DNA of 42,268 bases from an uncultured archaeon. GTDB lineage: Archaea > Aenigmatarchaeota > Aenigmatarchaeia > CG10238-14. Below, one piece after another: positions 9,451 to 19,100 of the stretch. How positions within the stretch are numbered: the stretch's first letter is position 1; every line of letters begins with the position of its first letter. The position numbers and the translations under genes are program-made. The notes beneath the pieces were generated by a model. The model worked only from the letters and a program-made list of their open reading frames with translations. It searched no databases and was not told where the DNA came from. The stretch covers positions 1-42,268 of the forward strand of contig CAYMPD010000008.1 of the NCBI GenBank assembly GCA_964392445.1, in the 5' to 3' direction.

Positions 9451-10905
9451 TTAATCACCAAAATCTTTCAAATGTCCAACAACACCCTTAAACGCATCCC
9501 AATAAAACCTAACATCATCCCAACTTCTAGTCGACAATAATTTTCTAAACAAAAACTCTAGGTCAAAAGCAACCTTATACATCTCCTGAACCATCTTCCT
9601 CATATCTTCTTCCTTCATCTTTGTCTCCATAACAGGGTTAACCATATCATAATCATCCCAATCACTGGTCTTCAGCCACCCATTCTCCTTGGCCTGCTCA
9701 AACAATTGTGTACCAGGATAGGGCGTTATTATCGTTGACTGCATAGTCGAAGCATAACCTTTTTTCAGAAGATATTTTCCTAAATCCAATGTTCTCAAAG
9801 CATCTTCTTTGGTCTCCCATGGATGTCCGAACATTATTGTGATATGTGGTTCAAGTCCAGCCTTTGAAGCTTTTTTACATGATTCTTTTATCTGATCCAC
9901 AGTCAAGTTTTTATTCAATCTATCCAAAGTTCTCTGATTAGCAGATTCCAGACCAAAAAGTAACATACTAAACCCAGCCTTCTTCATCAATTTATAATCA
10001 TCATAACTACACCCATGAAATCTCATGTTACATCCGATTATTACTTCTTCATTAATACCTTCATCTATAACCAACTTACAAAAACTCCGCAACCATCCAC
10101 CAACAGGAAAAGTTCCAGTGTCGTCGAATATTGTTCTCACCCCATACTCGTCTATTAACATCTTCATCTCTTCAACAAGACTTACAGGTTTTCTTACTCT
10201 AAATTTGGGAAAGGTCCCAGTCCAAGAACAAAAAGTACATCCACCATTTTTCCTATGCCAACAATCACGACCAACCATGGTATATGTCCCTGGAGTCTTC
10301 TTGTAATTCCCATTATCCTTACTATACAATTCCCACTTTGTTAGTTCTCTATCAATAAAAGAAAGTTTATTCAAATCATGATTCAATTCGAAATCCCCAG
10401 TATTCTTAACCTTTTTACCCTCTCTAAAGTATATTCCTTTCTCAAGTTTCTCTTTACCGTCCAAATGATTCACCAAATTTTTTAAAAGAAAATCAAAATC
10501 TCCTCCAGTAAGAACATAATCCACATTGGATTCACGAAAAGATTCTTCAGGTAAAGCAGTTACATGATCTCCCATCAGAACAATCTTAGAGTTAGGTAGT
10601 CTTTTCCTAACATCATCAACTATTTTCCAGTGTTTCTTAACAACCGGCGTTTTTGTCTCCATCGCAATTACTTCTGGGTTCTTTCTTTCGATTGCACTCA
10701 ACCATCCCTCATAACTTTTCTTAGTAGCAATTCCATCATCCCATACAACATCATATCCATTCTCTTTCAACTGTGTAGCCGCGTGTGCAGGAACCATTGG
10801 GTAAATGTAACAAGGTTCGTGTTTCACGAAGTATTGTCTATTCTGGTAAATCATCGGTGTGCCTTTCATTCCGGGTATAGGTGGGAAGGAAATAGAAACT
10901 TTCAT
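9451..10905 (-). CDS. B12-binding domain radical SAM enzyme
   Basis: 'CWHRKNGGCTFC' cluster motif, an N-terminal cobalamin-binding-like domain ('VLMGDHVTALPEE'), 'LFGLES' and 'TPYPGT'. Confidence 0.85.
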   Translation of the reverse strand: MKVSISFPPIPGMKGTPMIYQNRQYFVKHEPCYIYPMVPAHAATQLKENGYDVVWDDGIATKKSYEGWLSAIERKNPEVIAMETKTPVVKKHWKIVDDVRKRLPNSKIVLMGDHVTALPEESFRESNVDYVLTGGDFDFLLKNLVNHLDGKEKLEKGIYFREGKKVKNTGDFELNHDLNKLSFIDRELTKWELYSKDNGNYKKTPGTYTMVGRDCWHRKNGGCTFCSWTGTFPKFRVRKPVSLVEEMKMLIDEYGVRTIFDDTGTFPVGGWLRSFCKLVIDEGINEEVIIGCNMRFHGCSYDDYKLMKKAGFSMLLFGLESANQRTLDRLNKNLTVDQIKESCKKASKAGLEPHITIMFGHPWETKEDALRTLDLGKYLLKKGYASTMQSTIITPYPGTQLFEQAKENGWLKTSDWDDYDMVNPVMETKMKEEDMRKMVQEMYKVAFDLEFLFRKLLSTRSWDDVRFYWDAFKGVVGHLKDFGD

Positions 10906-10933
10906 AGTCTCAGTATTATATTTTAGGTATAAA

Positions 10934-11803
10934 CTATTTAGGGTTTCTCCTAGAAGAAAGTGTCAAATACAAAGCCACAGAAAAAATCATACCTCCCCCA
11001 ATCAAGGTATCCATTCCTGGTATTTCATTGAAAAATATTATTCCGTAAATTATTGCTATCATTGGGTTTAAAAATGCCAACAAGGAAGCATGTTGAGTTT
11101 TAACTATCTTCAGAGCATTGTAAAAGAGGACTGGGTTTAGAGCATATAACAAAATCCCCTGAAAACCCATCACCAATAACTTAGTGGAAAAAATGAATAA
11201 CCCATTCCAAACAATATAAGGAAAAAGAATAATTACACCAACCAAAGACTGGAAGAATGTTAAATTCAAGGATGAAGTTTCAGAAAGAGATCTTTTAGAT
11301 ATTAAAACCATGAAAGACCATGAAACCGCAGATAAAAAGGAAAGAATTATACCTAAAAATTCGGTATTAGACAAAGATAAATTGGAAGTATCAATCATAA
11401 CAAATATCCCCAAAAAGGCTATTATTAACAAACCAAATATCCTCTTTTCATAATCTTCGTCGACAAAAACTGGAGTCAAAAGTACAACAATTATGGGAGC
11501 TATGTTAAAGACTAGAATAACATTGGCGATTGTAGTTTTTTGATATGCTAAAAAAGTAGTTAAGAAATTTACGAGTGCAAATAAACCAACCAGAACTAGA
11601 GGTATAATCTTTTTATTCAAAGGTATTTCTTTGAACTTTCTCTTAAGAACCAAATAAAAAACTAAAACCATGACAGCAAATAATTGAGTGTAAAAAGTCA
11701 TTATCACAGGTGAAACTTCCAACCACCGAACAAAGATAGCCACACTATTACCAATAAAAGAAGTTAATATCAATATCCAATGCCCGATAAATTTCTTATC
11801 CAT
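10934..11803 (-). CDS. EamA/DMT family transporter
   Basis: 289 aa with 10 TM segments in two repeats; 'TTIANV', 'LAFLNPMIAII...EIP...GGGMI'. Confidence 0.9.
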   Translation of the reverse strand: MDKKFIGHWILILTSFIGNSVAIFVRWLEVSPVIMTFYTQLFAVMVLVFYLVLKRKFKEIPLNKKIIPLVLVGLFALVNFLTTFLAYQKTTIANVILVFNIAPIIVVLLTPVFVDEDYEKRIFGLLIIAFLGIFVMIDTSNLSLSNTEFLGIILSFLSAVSWSFMVLISKRSLSETSSLNLTFFQSLVGVIILFPYIVWNGLFIFSTKLLVMGFQGILLYALNPVLFYNALKIVKTQHASLLAFLNPMIAIIYGIIFFNEIPGMDTLIGGGMIFSVALYLTLSSRRNPK

Positions 11804-12803
11804 CCTTCAACTCCCTCGTGAAAAAACCTTTCATAAAACTAACACCATACCAAACATGAGTTAGAATTATTCCGAGAAAGCTCAGAGATATCAATTTAAT
11901 TCTCTTCGCAGATAAAGATCCTAAAAAAACTAAGAATAAATACAATCCTATCCCAGAAAGATAGAGATAAAATAAAAACTTACTAACAAAAAAAGACAAC
12001 CACCCAAAAACAACACCAAAAACAAAAATTGTAGGTAAGAAATAAATTAACCTAAAAGAAGTCTCTGGAAATTTCCTTGCAAAGAATCCTCTGTGTATTC
12101 CGTAACTTCTGATCTGATTCAAATGTTTTTTGAACAAGGGTCTTCGATGATGATAAACCAGAACGTCAGGTGCGTAAATCATTTTCTTTCCTAACTTCTT
12201 TGTAATATCTAAACATAACTTCGTATCCTCACCAGGCCAGTATTTAGTATCAAACCCCCCAACCTTCTGAAAAATATTTTTTCTAACAAGTAAATTACAT
12301 GTAGCATAATCATCAACTTCTCTTTCTTTTGTTGGGATATATCTATACCTCATACTAGGACTACCACCAAACCAAGAAGAATAAACATAGCCACTTGCCT
12401 TCTCTTTATCACCATCATTTTCTGGCGTAACACCAGGTCCACCCACCGCCGCAACTTTTTCATCCTCAAAATATTTCACTGAATTTTTCAACCAGTCCTT
12501 TCTTGGATAAGCATCATCGTCTATAAAAGCTAGAATCTCTCCTTTAGCTATACCAGCACCTATATCTCTTTTCTTAGATGGGGGAACTTTACCTGTGGGA
12601 TGAAATTTAACTCCTTTTTTCTTAAATCCAGTTTCCTCGTCAGGAAGAATTATAATCTCATAATTCGGATAATCTAACTTCAAACAATGTTCTATACATT
12701 CCTCCAAATCCTCTTTCAAAGTTTTGTGTCGCTTATCCCTAACTGCATCACCCACGGGAACTATTATCGAAACTTTAGGTTTCATGAGAAGCCACCCTAT
12801 CAT
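11796..12803 (-). CDS. GT2 glycosyltransferase with C-terminal TM helices (likely start 12785)
   Basis: 'VSIIVPV', 'LAFIDDD' DXD motif, 'GGFD...GEDTKLC'. Confidence 0.9.
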   Translation of the reverse strand: MIGWLLMKPKVSIIVPVGDAVRDKRHKTLKEDLEECIEHCLKLDYPNYEIIILPDEETGFKKKGVKFHPTGKVPPSKKRDIGAGIAKGEILAFIDDDAYPRKDWLKNSVKYFEDEKVAAVGGPGVTPENDGDKEKASGYVYSSWFGGSPSMRYRYIPTKEREVDDYATCNLLVRKNIFQKVGGFDTKYWPGEDTKLCLDITKKLGKKMIYAPDVLVYHHRRPLFKKHLNQIRSYGIHRGFFARKFPETSFRLIYFLPTIFVFGVVFGWLSFFVSKFLFYLYLSGIGLYLFLVFLGSLSAKRIKLISLSFLGIILTHVWYGVSFMKGFFTRELKDG

Positions 12804-13521
12804 AATAATTCAAAATCTTATCCCTGTAAAAAATCGCACAAGTATCTTTAAACATATTACCTATCGCATAAAACAATCTCTTATTTATTGAACTTGAAAA
12901 TTCCTTAAATTCCAGATCAATCGGTGCTTCACTTATATTATAACCCAAATTATGTGCATTCACCAAAAGCTCAAGATCAAAAGCCCACCTCTTGACTAAA
13001 ACCCGAGGAAATACTTCTTCCAAAACCTCCCTCTTAAAAAGTTTAGAACCCACCTGTGTATCTGTTACATTTAAATTAAACAAAGTTTTCACAATCATCT
13101 GATAACCTTTACTCAGAAATTTTCTTTTAAACGGATAAACCAATTTAGATTTGGGATGTCTTTTAGAACCAATAACAACATCTGAATTATTGTCCCTCAT
13201 ATAATCCAAAAAAACTTTAAGCTGCTCAGGAGCCAAATCTGTGTCTGCGTCTTGGAAATAAATCAGATCCCCATTCGCGAATTGAAACCCATACTTTAAC
13301 GCACTTCCCTTGCCTTTGTTAGTATTGTAATGAACAAGTTTGATATCATTATTGATTTTTTTCGCTCTTTTCATTTCATCTAATGTACGATCCAAAGAAC
13401 CATCATTTACAACAACTATCTCATGATCCATATCAATATCCTTCAAAACACTCTTCATCCTTTTAACGGAATCAAAAACAGTTTTTTCTTTATTGTAAGC
13501 AGGCATCAAAACAGATAACAT
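12775..13521 (-). CDS. GT2, dolichol-phosphate glycosyltransferase-like
   Basis: 'LSVLMPAYN', 'VNDGSLD', 'FQDAD', 'DTQVG', 'WAFDLELL'. Confidence 0.9.
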   Translation of the reverse strand: MLSVLMPAYNKEKTVFDSVKRMKSVLKDIDMDHEIVVVNDGSLDRTLDEMKRAKKINNDIKLVHYNTNKGKGSALKYGFQFANGDLIYFQDADTDLAPEQLKVFLDYMRDNNSDVVIGSKRHPKSKLVYPFKRKFLSKGYQMIVKTLFNLNVTDTQVGSKLFKREVLEEVFPRVLVKRWAFDLELLVNAHNLGYNISEAPIDLEFKEFSSSINKRLFYAIGNMFKDTCAIFYRDKILNYYDRVASHET

Positions 13522-13596
13522 ATCATCTGCAATAAATTATTGGTTCCCGAGAGAATAAAGTTTATGGGACTTTTTTGATTACTTATGAGTGAAAAA

Positions 13597-14247
13597 CTAC
13601 CTCCAACCCATCTTCAAATCAACTATATACCTCAATATCCTAAAAGCCTCGCCAAAAGTAGATGTTGATTTACCTTCTTGCCTGGATATGAATTTAATTG
13701 GAACTTCTTTCACACTATGACCCTTTTTCTTAGCCTTATGAACCAATTCCATATTTATCTTGAAACCCAGAGGATTTAATTTAACATTGTCATAAACATT
13801 CCTCCTCACCGCAGAAAATCCAGACATCGAATCTTGAACACCAAGACCCAATGAGAATGTGGCCAATTTCCTGTAAAACCAACTAATCATCTTCCTATGT
13901 GTTTTATCTTGAGTCACGCCACCATCAACAAATCTAGAACCAATCACAATATCATTATTTAAAAGTTCCTTTATCAATTTAGGAAGATCCTCTGGTCTAT
14001 GACTACCATCACCATCCATCAGAACTATCGCATCACCAGAAGCATGTTCCAATCCCTCCAACAGAGCATTACCCAAACCTTTGGATTTCTGAAGAACTAA
14101 TTTTGCGTCCTGAATATCAGGTGTTTTTTCGCTCAAATCAACCACTATAACCTCATGCTCATAATTCCTCAAGTTCCTGTGAATATTGGGAATAAGTTTA
14201 CTAACATATGGCTCGTTCTTGGTCGGAATGATCACGGAAACTTTCAT
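13597..14247 (-). CDS. GT2, Dol-P-mannose synthase-like
   Basis: 'VSVIIPT.NE', 'LMDGDGSH', 'IGSRFVDGG', 'RQEGKST'. Confidence 0.9.
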   Translation of the reverse strand: MKVSVIIPTKNEPYVSKLIPNIHRNLRNYEHEVIVVDLSEKTPDIQDAKLVLQKSKGLGNALLEGLEHASGDAIVLMDGDGSHRPEDLPKLIKELLNNDIVIGSRFVDGGVTQDKTHRKMISWFYRKLATFSLGLGVQDSMSGFSAVRRNVYDNVKLNPLGFKINMELVHKAKKKGHSVKEVPIKFISRQEGKSTSTFGEAFRILRYIVDLKMGWR

Positions 14248-14351
14248 ACAATCTAAGATTAGTTATAGGGAAAAAAGAAGAAATAGATGAAGAAACGGAT
14301 TCAAAGAGTATTTAAATTATAACTTGTAAAATAATTACCAGTTGATTAAAA

Positions 14352-14654
14352 ATGACTGGAGAAACTAGAGTTCAAGTTCCAATAAAGATTGAAAAGAAAA
14401 TAATTACTGTAGTTAATGAAAAATCTGTTATGGCTGAGGTTAATGAATTATTAGCTTTAGAGTATGGTAGTGTGTATGTTGCGGGATTACCAGAATTAAT
14501 AAGGACTGTGGATTCTATTCTTTGGAAGGTTCCTGTTTTCTATGCTACTGCAAAAAAAGGAATAAAGAAGAAAGTAGGAGATTTTTTCATAGATGCTAAA
14601 AATGGCGAGATAGTTAGTGTTCCTTCGGTAGAAAATTTGAGAAGTGCAATTTAA
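14352..14654 (+). CDS. Hypothetical protein with a PepSY-like C-terminal motif
   Basis: 'WKVPV...VGDFFIDAKNGEIV'. TAATG overlap with the downstream C39 gene. Confidence 0.55.
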   Translation: MTGETRVQVPIKIEKKIITVVNEKSVMAEVNELLALEYGSVYVAGLPELIRTVDSILWKVPVFYATAKKGIKKKVGDFFIDAKNGEIVSVPSVENLRSAI

Positions 14655-15103
14655 TGAAATTGAAAGTTCCATTTTACAAACAAACCAATAATGACTGTAT
14701 TCTTGCTTGTGTTAGGATGGTTCTAGAATTTTACGGGAAGAAGATTAAATTAAAACATCTTCATAAGATTTGTAATTTTGGGAGGCATGGATGTTCTGTT
14801 CTTGATGTAACCAAAGGTTTGGGAAAAGAAGGTATAAAGTGTTCTTATGATAACCTGAGTCTTAAAGAACTCAGAAAATTGCTTAAAAACAATAAACCAG
14901 TTATATGTATAGTCAATTCTCTTTGGCTGCCATGGATTGAGGTTTTTGGATTTCATTCTGTTGTCGTAATAGGTTATGATGACGAGAAAATTATCTTATT
15001 AGATCCATTATTTGGCGAAAAAAAGATTAATGTCTTCGAATTTTTAGATGCTTGGAATATTTTCAATAATTTAAGTCTCATTTTGGATCAGAATTTGGAA
15101 TAA
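14654..15103 (+). CDS. Stand-alone C39 family cysteine peptidase
   Basis: 'KQTNNDCILAC' (Q and catalytic Cys), 'FHSVVVIGYD' (His), 'LLDP' (Asp). No ABC domain or signal peptide. Confidence 0.85.
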   Translation: MKLKVPFYKQTNNDCILACVRMVLEFYGKKIKLKHLHKICNFGRHGCSVLDVTKGLGKEGIKCSYDNLSLKELRKLLKNNKPVICIVNSLWLPWIEVFGFHSVVVIGYDDEKIILLDPLFGEKKINVFEFLDAWNIFNNLSLILDQNLE

Positions 15104-15197
15104 TCACAGACACTTTCATACAATCTAAGATTAGTTATGGTAAAACAAAAAGAAATGGTTTAAAATTATATGAATTAGCAAAAACGAAACATTTAAA

Positions 15198-15221
15198 TAT
15201 ACCTAAGTATACTAAAGTATA
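15198..15221. promoter_or_regulatory. Putative RHH antitoxin operator: two overlapping TATAC-N4-GTATA palindromes, 10 bp apart
   Basis: 15198-15211 and 15208-15221, between the TTTAAATA box (15192-15199) and ATG 15233. Confidence 0.6.
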
Positions 15222-15232
15222 TAGTGGTATAA

Positions 15233-15472
15233 ATGAGTGTAACAACAATAAAACTTCATTTAGATACTAAAGAAGAATTAGATAAATTTAGAGAGTACAA
15301 AAATGAAAGCTATGATGAGGTCGTCAGAAAAGTGATTTTTATAGCTGAGAATGTTAAAGAAGATCCGAAATTGAGCAAAAGTACCCTAGAAGCCATAGAG
15401 AATGCTAGAAAAAGAATAAAAAAAGGGAATTTTGTAAGGGAGGAAGACGCGAAAAAGAGGCTTGGTTTTTAA
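15233..15472 (+). CDS. RHH-type antitoxin (RelB-like)
   Basis: 'TTIKL...KEELDKF...ESYDEVVRK' ribbon-helix-helix pattern; abuts a RelE gene. Confidence 0.75.
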   Translation: MSVTTIKLHLDTKEELDKFREYKNESYDEVVRKVIFIAENVKEDPKLSKSTLEAIENARKRIKKGNFVREEDAKKRLGF

Positions 15473-15727
15473 ATGTATGAAGTGGTTTTTGATCCAAAGG
15501 CCCTAGAATTCTTAGAAAGGACAGAGAGAAAGACTTCAAAAAGAATTTGGAATAAGATAATGTCAACCAAATCTGATCCTCATCATTTTTTCCAAAGACT
15601 ATCAGGGAGAAAAGACTACAAACTGAGAGTTGGTGATTATAGGGTAATTTCAGATATCGATGATTCCAAAAAGAGAATAGAGGTAACATTGATTGGGCAT
15701 CGGAAAAATATATATGAAAAAATTTAG
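15473..15727 (+). CDS. relE: RelE/ParE family toxin
   Basis: 'YKLRVGDYRVI' and 'IGHRKNIY'. Confidence 0.9.
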   Translation: MYEVVFDPKALEFLERTERKTSKRIWNKIMSTKSDPHHFFQRLSGRKDYKLRVGDYRVISDIDDSKKRIEVTLIGHRKNIYEKI

Positions 15728-15852
15728 TTATTATTCTTTCAATTAAATATTCCACGAAGAGATTCTTAATTATTGTCCCAAACCCCACACCAAAAATTTA
15801 TAAATCTTAACTACAAATAAAGTTATTGTTTAAATACACAATAAATGATAGC

Positions 15853-16173
15853 ATGACAAGAAAAGCAGTACTAATAAAATTTTCAATAGAGTCCAAGAAA
15901 TTCGATAGTAATACCGAAAGAAACATATTCTTCAGGGAACTATACGGATGGAAACAAGTGGTAACAAAGGAAAAGAAAAAGTACACTTATGATAGAAAGG
16001 GCTTGGTTGATGAAATACCCTGCGCAAAAATAGACAAGTCCATGCTATTGATACAAAAAGAATATGTTGATGAACTACTAAACTTTTTACAGGAATGGGA
16101 AGAGAAAGTTCATTGGCATTTGTTCAATGTCTTATTAAATGAAGAACAACAAAAATTATTGGAGGAGGTTTAA
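15853..16173 (+). CDS. Conserved-looking hypothetical protein coupled to cdc48
   Basis: ATG at 15853 (ORF track starts at 15826); TAATG overlap with cdc48. Confidence 0.7.
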   Translation: MTRKAVLIKFSIESKKFDSNTERNIFFRELYGWKQVVTKEKKKYTYDRKGLVDEIPCAKIDKSMLLIQKEYVDELLNFLQEWEEKVHWHLFNVLLNEEQQKLLEEV

Positions 16174-19100
16174 TGACAAAAAAGAAAGATGATAATAAGG
16201 TCACGCTTAAGGTTGGAGAATTGACTCAAAGGGGAGAATTTGGTAGAGGTATTGTAAGGTTAGATTCAAACACTATGCAAAAAATCGGAATAAAAGAAGG
16301 TAGTGTTATTGAAATAGAGGGCCCAAAGAAAACTGCTGCTATTGCTATAAGGGCTTATCCTTCAGATGCTGGACTAAAGATAATAAGAATGGATGGTCTA
16401 GTTAGAAGAAATGCTGGAGCAGGGGTTGGAGAGAATGTTAAAGTAAGAAGGGCCGAAGTAAAGGAAGCAAAAGAAGTAACACTCGCACCAGCACAAAAAG
16501 GAGTAGTAATTCAAATCAGTCCATCAATAGTCAAGCAAAACATCTATTATCGACCTGTTAGTAAGGGTGACATCCTAATCCCAAGTCCTGTGGTTAAAAG
16601 AAAAAGAGATGATTTTGGCCAGGGTGATATGTTTCGAGATTTCTTTGGTTTTAGTATTGAAGACTTTTTCTACATGCCAACCGGTGAGACTAGGTTTATA
16701 GTAACTGATACTGATCCTGGAGGAATTGTTAGGATAACTGATATGACTAAGTTGAAGATATTGTCAAGATTACCAAAAGATTATGATCTTGAGAAAAGAA
16801 CTGTACCTGCGGTTACTTATGAGGATGTTGGTGGAATTCATCACGCAATCCAGAAGGTCAGGGAGATGATTGAGTTGCCATTAAGACATCCGGAATTGTT
16901 TGAGAGACTAGGTATAGAGGCTCCGAAGGGGGTTTTATTGTACGGCCCCCCAGGTACGGGTAAAACACTTCTTGCGAGGGCAGTTGCAAATGAATCAGGA
17001 GCGAACTTCCACTCTATTGCTGGGCCGGAGGTCATGTGTGTTTCTGGAGATACGCCAGTATTGTTAAATGATAAAGGTGTGAGTGAAATAGAGAATATTT
17101 TTGATGTTCCTGGAGAGAAATTTAAAATAGATGAATACGAAGCCATAAGACCAAAAAACAAGATAAAAGTTTACTCTATGGATAAAAATTTCAAACTAGT
17201 ACCAGACGAGATTGAATATGTAATGAAAGTACCTGTTAAAAAAGTTTTTAAACTAAATTTAAGGAATGGTTCAGAATTTACGACTTCCAAAAACCAACCC
17301 TTTGCTACCTTAGATAGTGAAGGGAATATTAAATGGAAAACTGCTGAAGAACTTAAGGCTGGAGATTTCATAGCTGCGTCCAAAAGTATATCATCGCATG
17401 GGAATAGCCAAGATTTAAATTGGTCTAAAAAAATGGATCCTGAATACACATATGTGGAAAATAAGGAGAATTTTGTTAAATTAAAAGATTATAAAGGTTC
17501 TTTGGGTAATGTAAGGATTGGATTTGCAAAAAACAAAAGTAATATTAGTAAAATAAAAAGTATAAAAGTTCCTAATAAGACGAATCCATATCTATTAGAA
17601 TTTCTTGGGTTGATGTTTTCAGAGGGAAGTATTAATAATAGTGAAGTCTCGGTCTCAAACATAGACAAGGAATTAAGAGAGAGAATAAAATATCTGTTCA
17701 ACAAAGTTTTTGACATACCCAATGGAAGAATAAAGGAAGATAAAATAAAGATAAAAGTTTACTCTTATGTTCTTTCTCAATTTTTGAAGAAAGTATGTGG
17801 ATTAACAGAAGGAAAGAAACCAAAGGATCTTCATCTACCTTCATGGATTTTCAAGTGCTCGAATGAAGAGATAGCAGCATTTCTCAAGATGTATTTTGAG
17901 GGAGATGGGGCAACAAGCTTTGGAGAAAAAGACTATCCAACCTTCAGATATTATTCGTCTTCAAAAACGTTGTTAACTGATTTACAATACTTGTTATTGA
18001 AGTTTGGTATTGTGACTAAATTAACACCATGGAAAACTCCTTTGGGTAATTTATTTGCCTTGGTTATAAAAGGTCCAAAGAGCCGTGAACTTTTCTTCAG
18101 AAAAATTAAACCAAATAAAAATAGAGATAAGATGGCTAAGTACTATAATAATAGATTGGAAGATTATTCTTTATTTTTACCCGTTAGCCCACTATTAAAG
18201 AAAATAAAGGAATTTAGTGGTATAAAATATGGTAGAGACATTCCTGAAAATTCTGTAGAACCTTATCTGTCTGGAAGAAAAATTCCAACGATAAGACAGA
18301 CAAAGAAAATATTAAAATTGTTAAAAGAAAAGGTAAAAAGTAGAGAATCAAAGGAATTAATTAAAAAAGTAGAGAATCTTCTGAATTCTGATTTATATTG
18401 GACAAAAATCAAAAAGATCGAAGAACTGGAAAAAGAAACAACATTATATGATGTGACTGTAAAGAATAATTCAAACTTCCTAGGGGGTAACTCACCTACT
18501 ATCTTACATAACTCAATGTGGTACGGCAAGAGTGAAGAAAACCTAAGAAAGATCTTCCAAAAAGCAGAAAAAAACGCACCATCAATTATTTTCATAGATG
18601 AGCTAGATTCTATTGCACCAAAAAGAGAAGAGACTAGAGGTGAGGTTGAAAGAAGGGTTGTTTCTCAGTTGTTAACATTAATGGACGGGCTTAAACAGCG
18701 AGGAAAAGTAATTGTTATTGCCGCAACTAACCGTGAAAACGCTATTGACCCGGCTTTAAGAAGACCGGGAAGATTTGACAGGGAAATAGAAATTGGAGTC
18801 CCAGATAAGAAGGGAAGAAAAGAGATACTTCAGATTCACACCAGACATATGCCTTTAACCGACGTTAATATTGACAAATTGGCAGAGGTTACATATGGTT
18901 ATGTGGGTGCAGACCTGGAAGCTTTAGGAAAAGAGGCAGCGATGCACGCATTAAGAAGATTATTGCCAGATATTAAATGGAAAGAAAAAGGAGAATTACC
19001 AGAAGAGATGCTTGAGAAATTAACAGTCACACAAAAGGATTTTGAACATGCATTAAAAATGGTTGAACCTTCTGCAATGAGAGAAGTGTTAATAGAAGTT

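Larger units (their letters stand above)
7373..9537. mobile_element. Putative integrated cassette (Schlafen-wHTH cargo) bounded by a duplicated radical SAM 3' end
   Basis: 78-bp direct repeats at 7373-7450 and 9460-9537 flank the cargo; no integrase or transposase inside. Confidence 0.6.
14225..15156. mobile_element. Putative integrated cassette (PepSY-like + C39 peptidase) bounded by a duplicated promoter/5' end of the GT2 gene
   Basis: 60-bp direct repeats at 14225-14284 and 15097-15156 (52/60; 27-bp exact core at 14240-14266 and 15112-15138). Confidence 0.6.
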
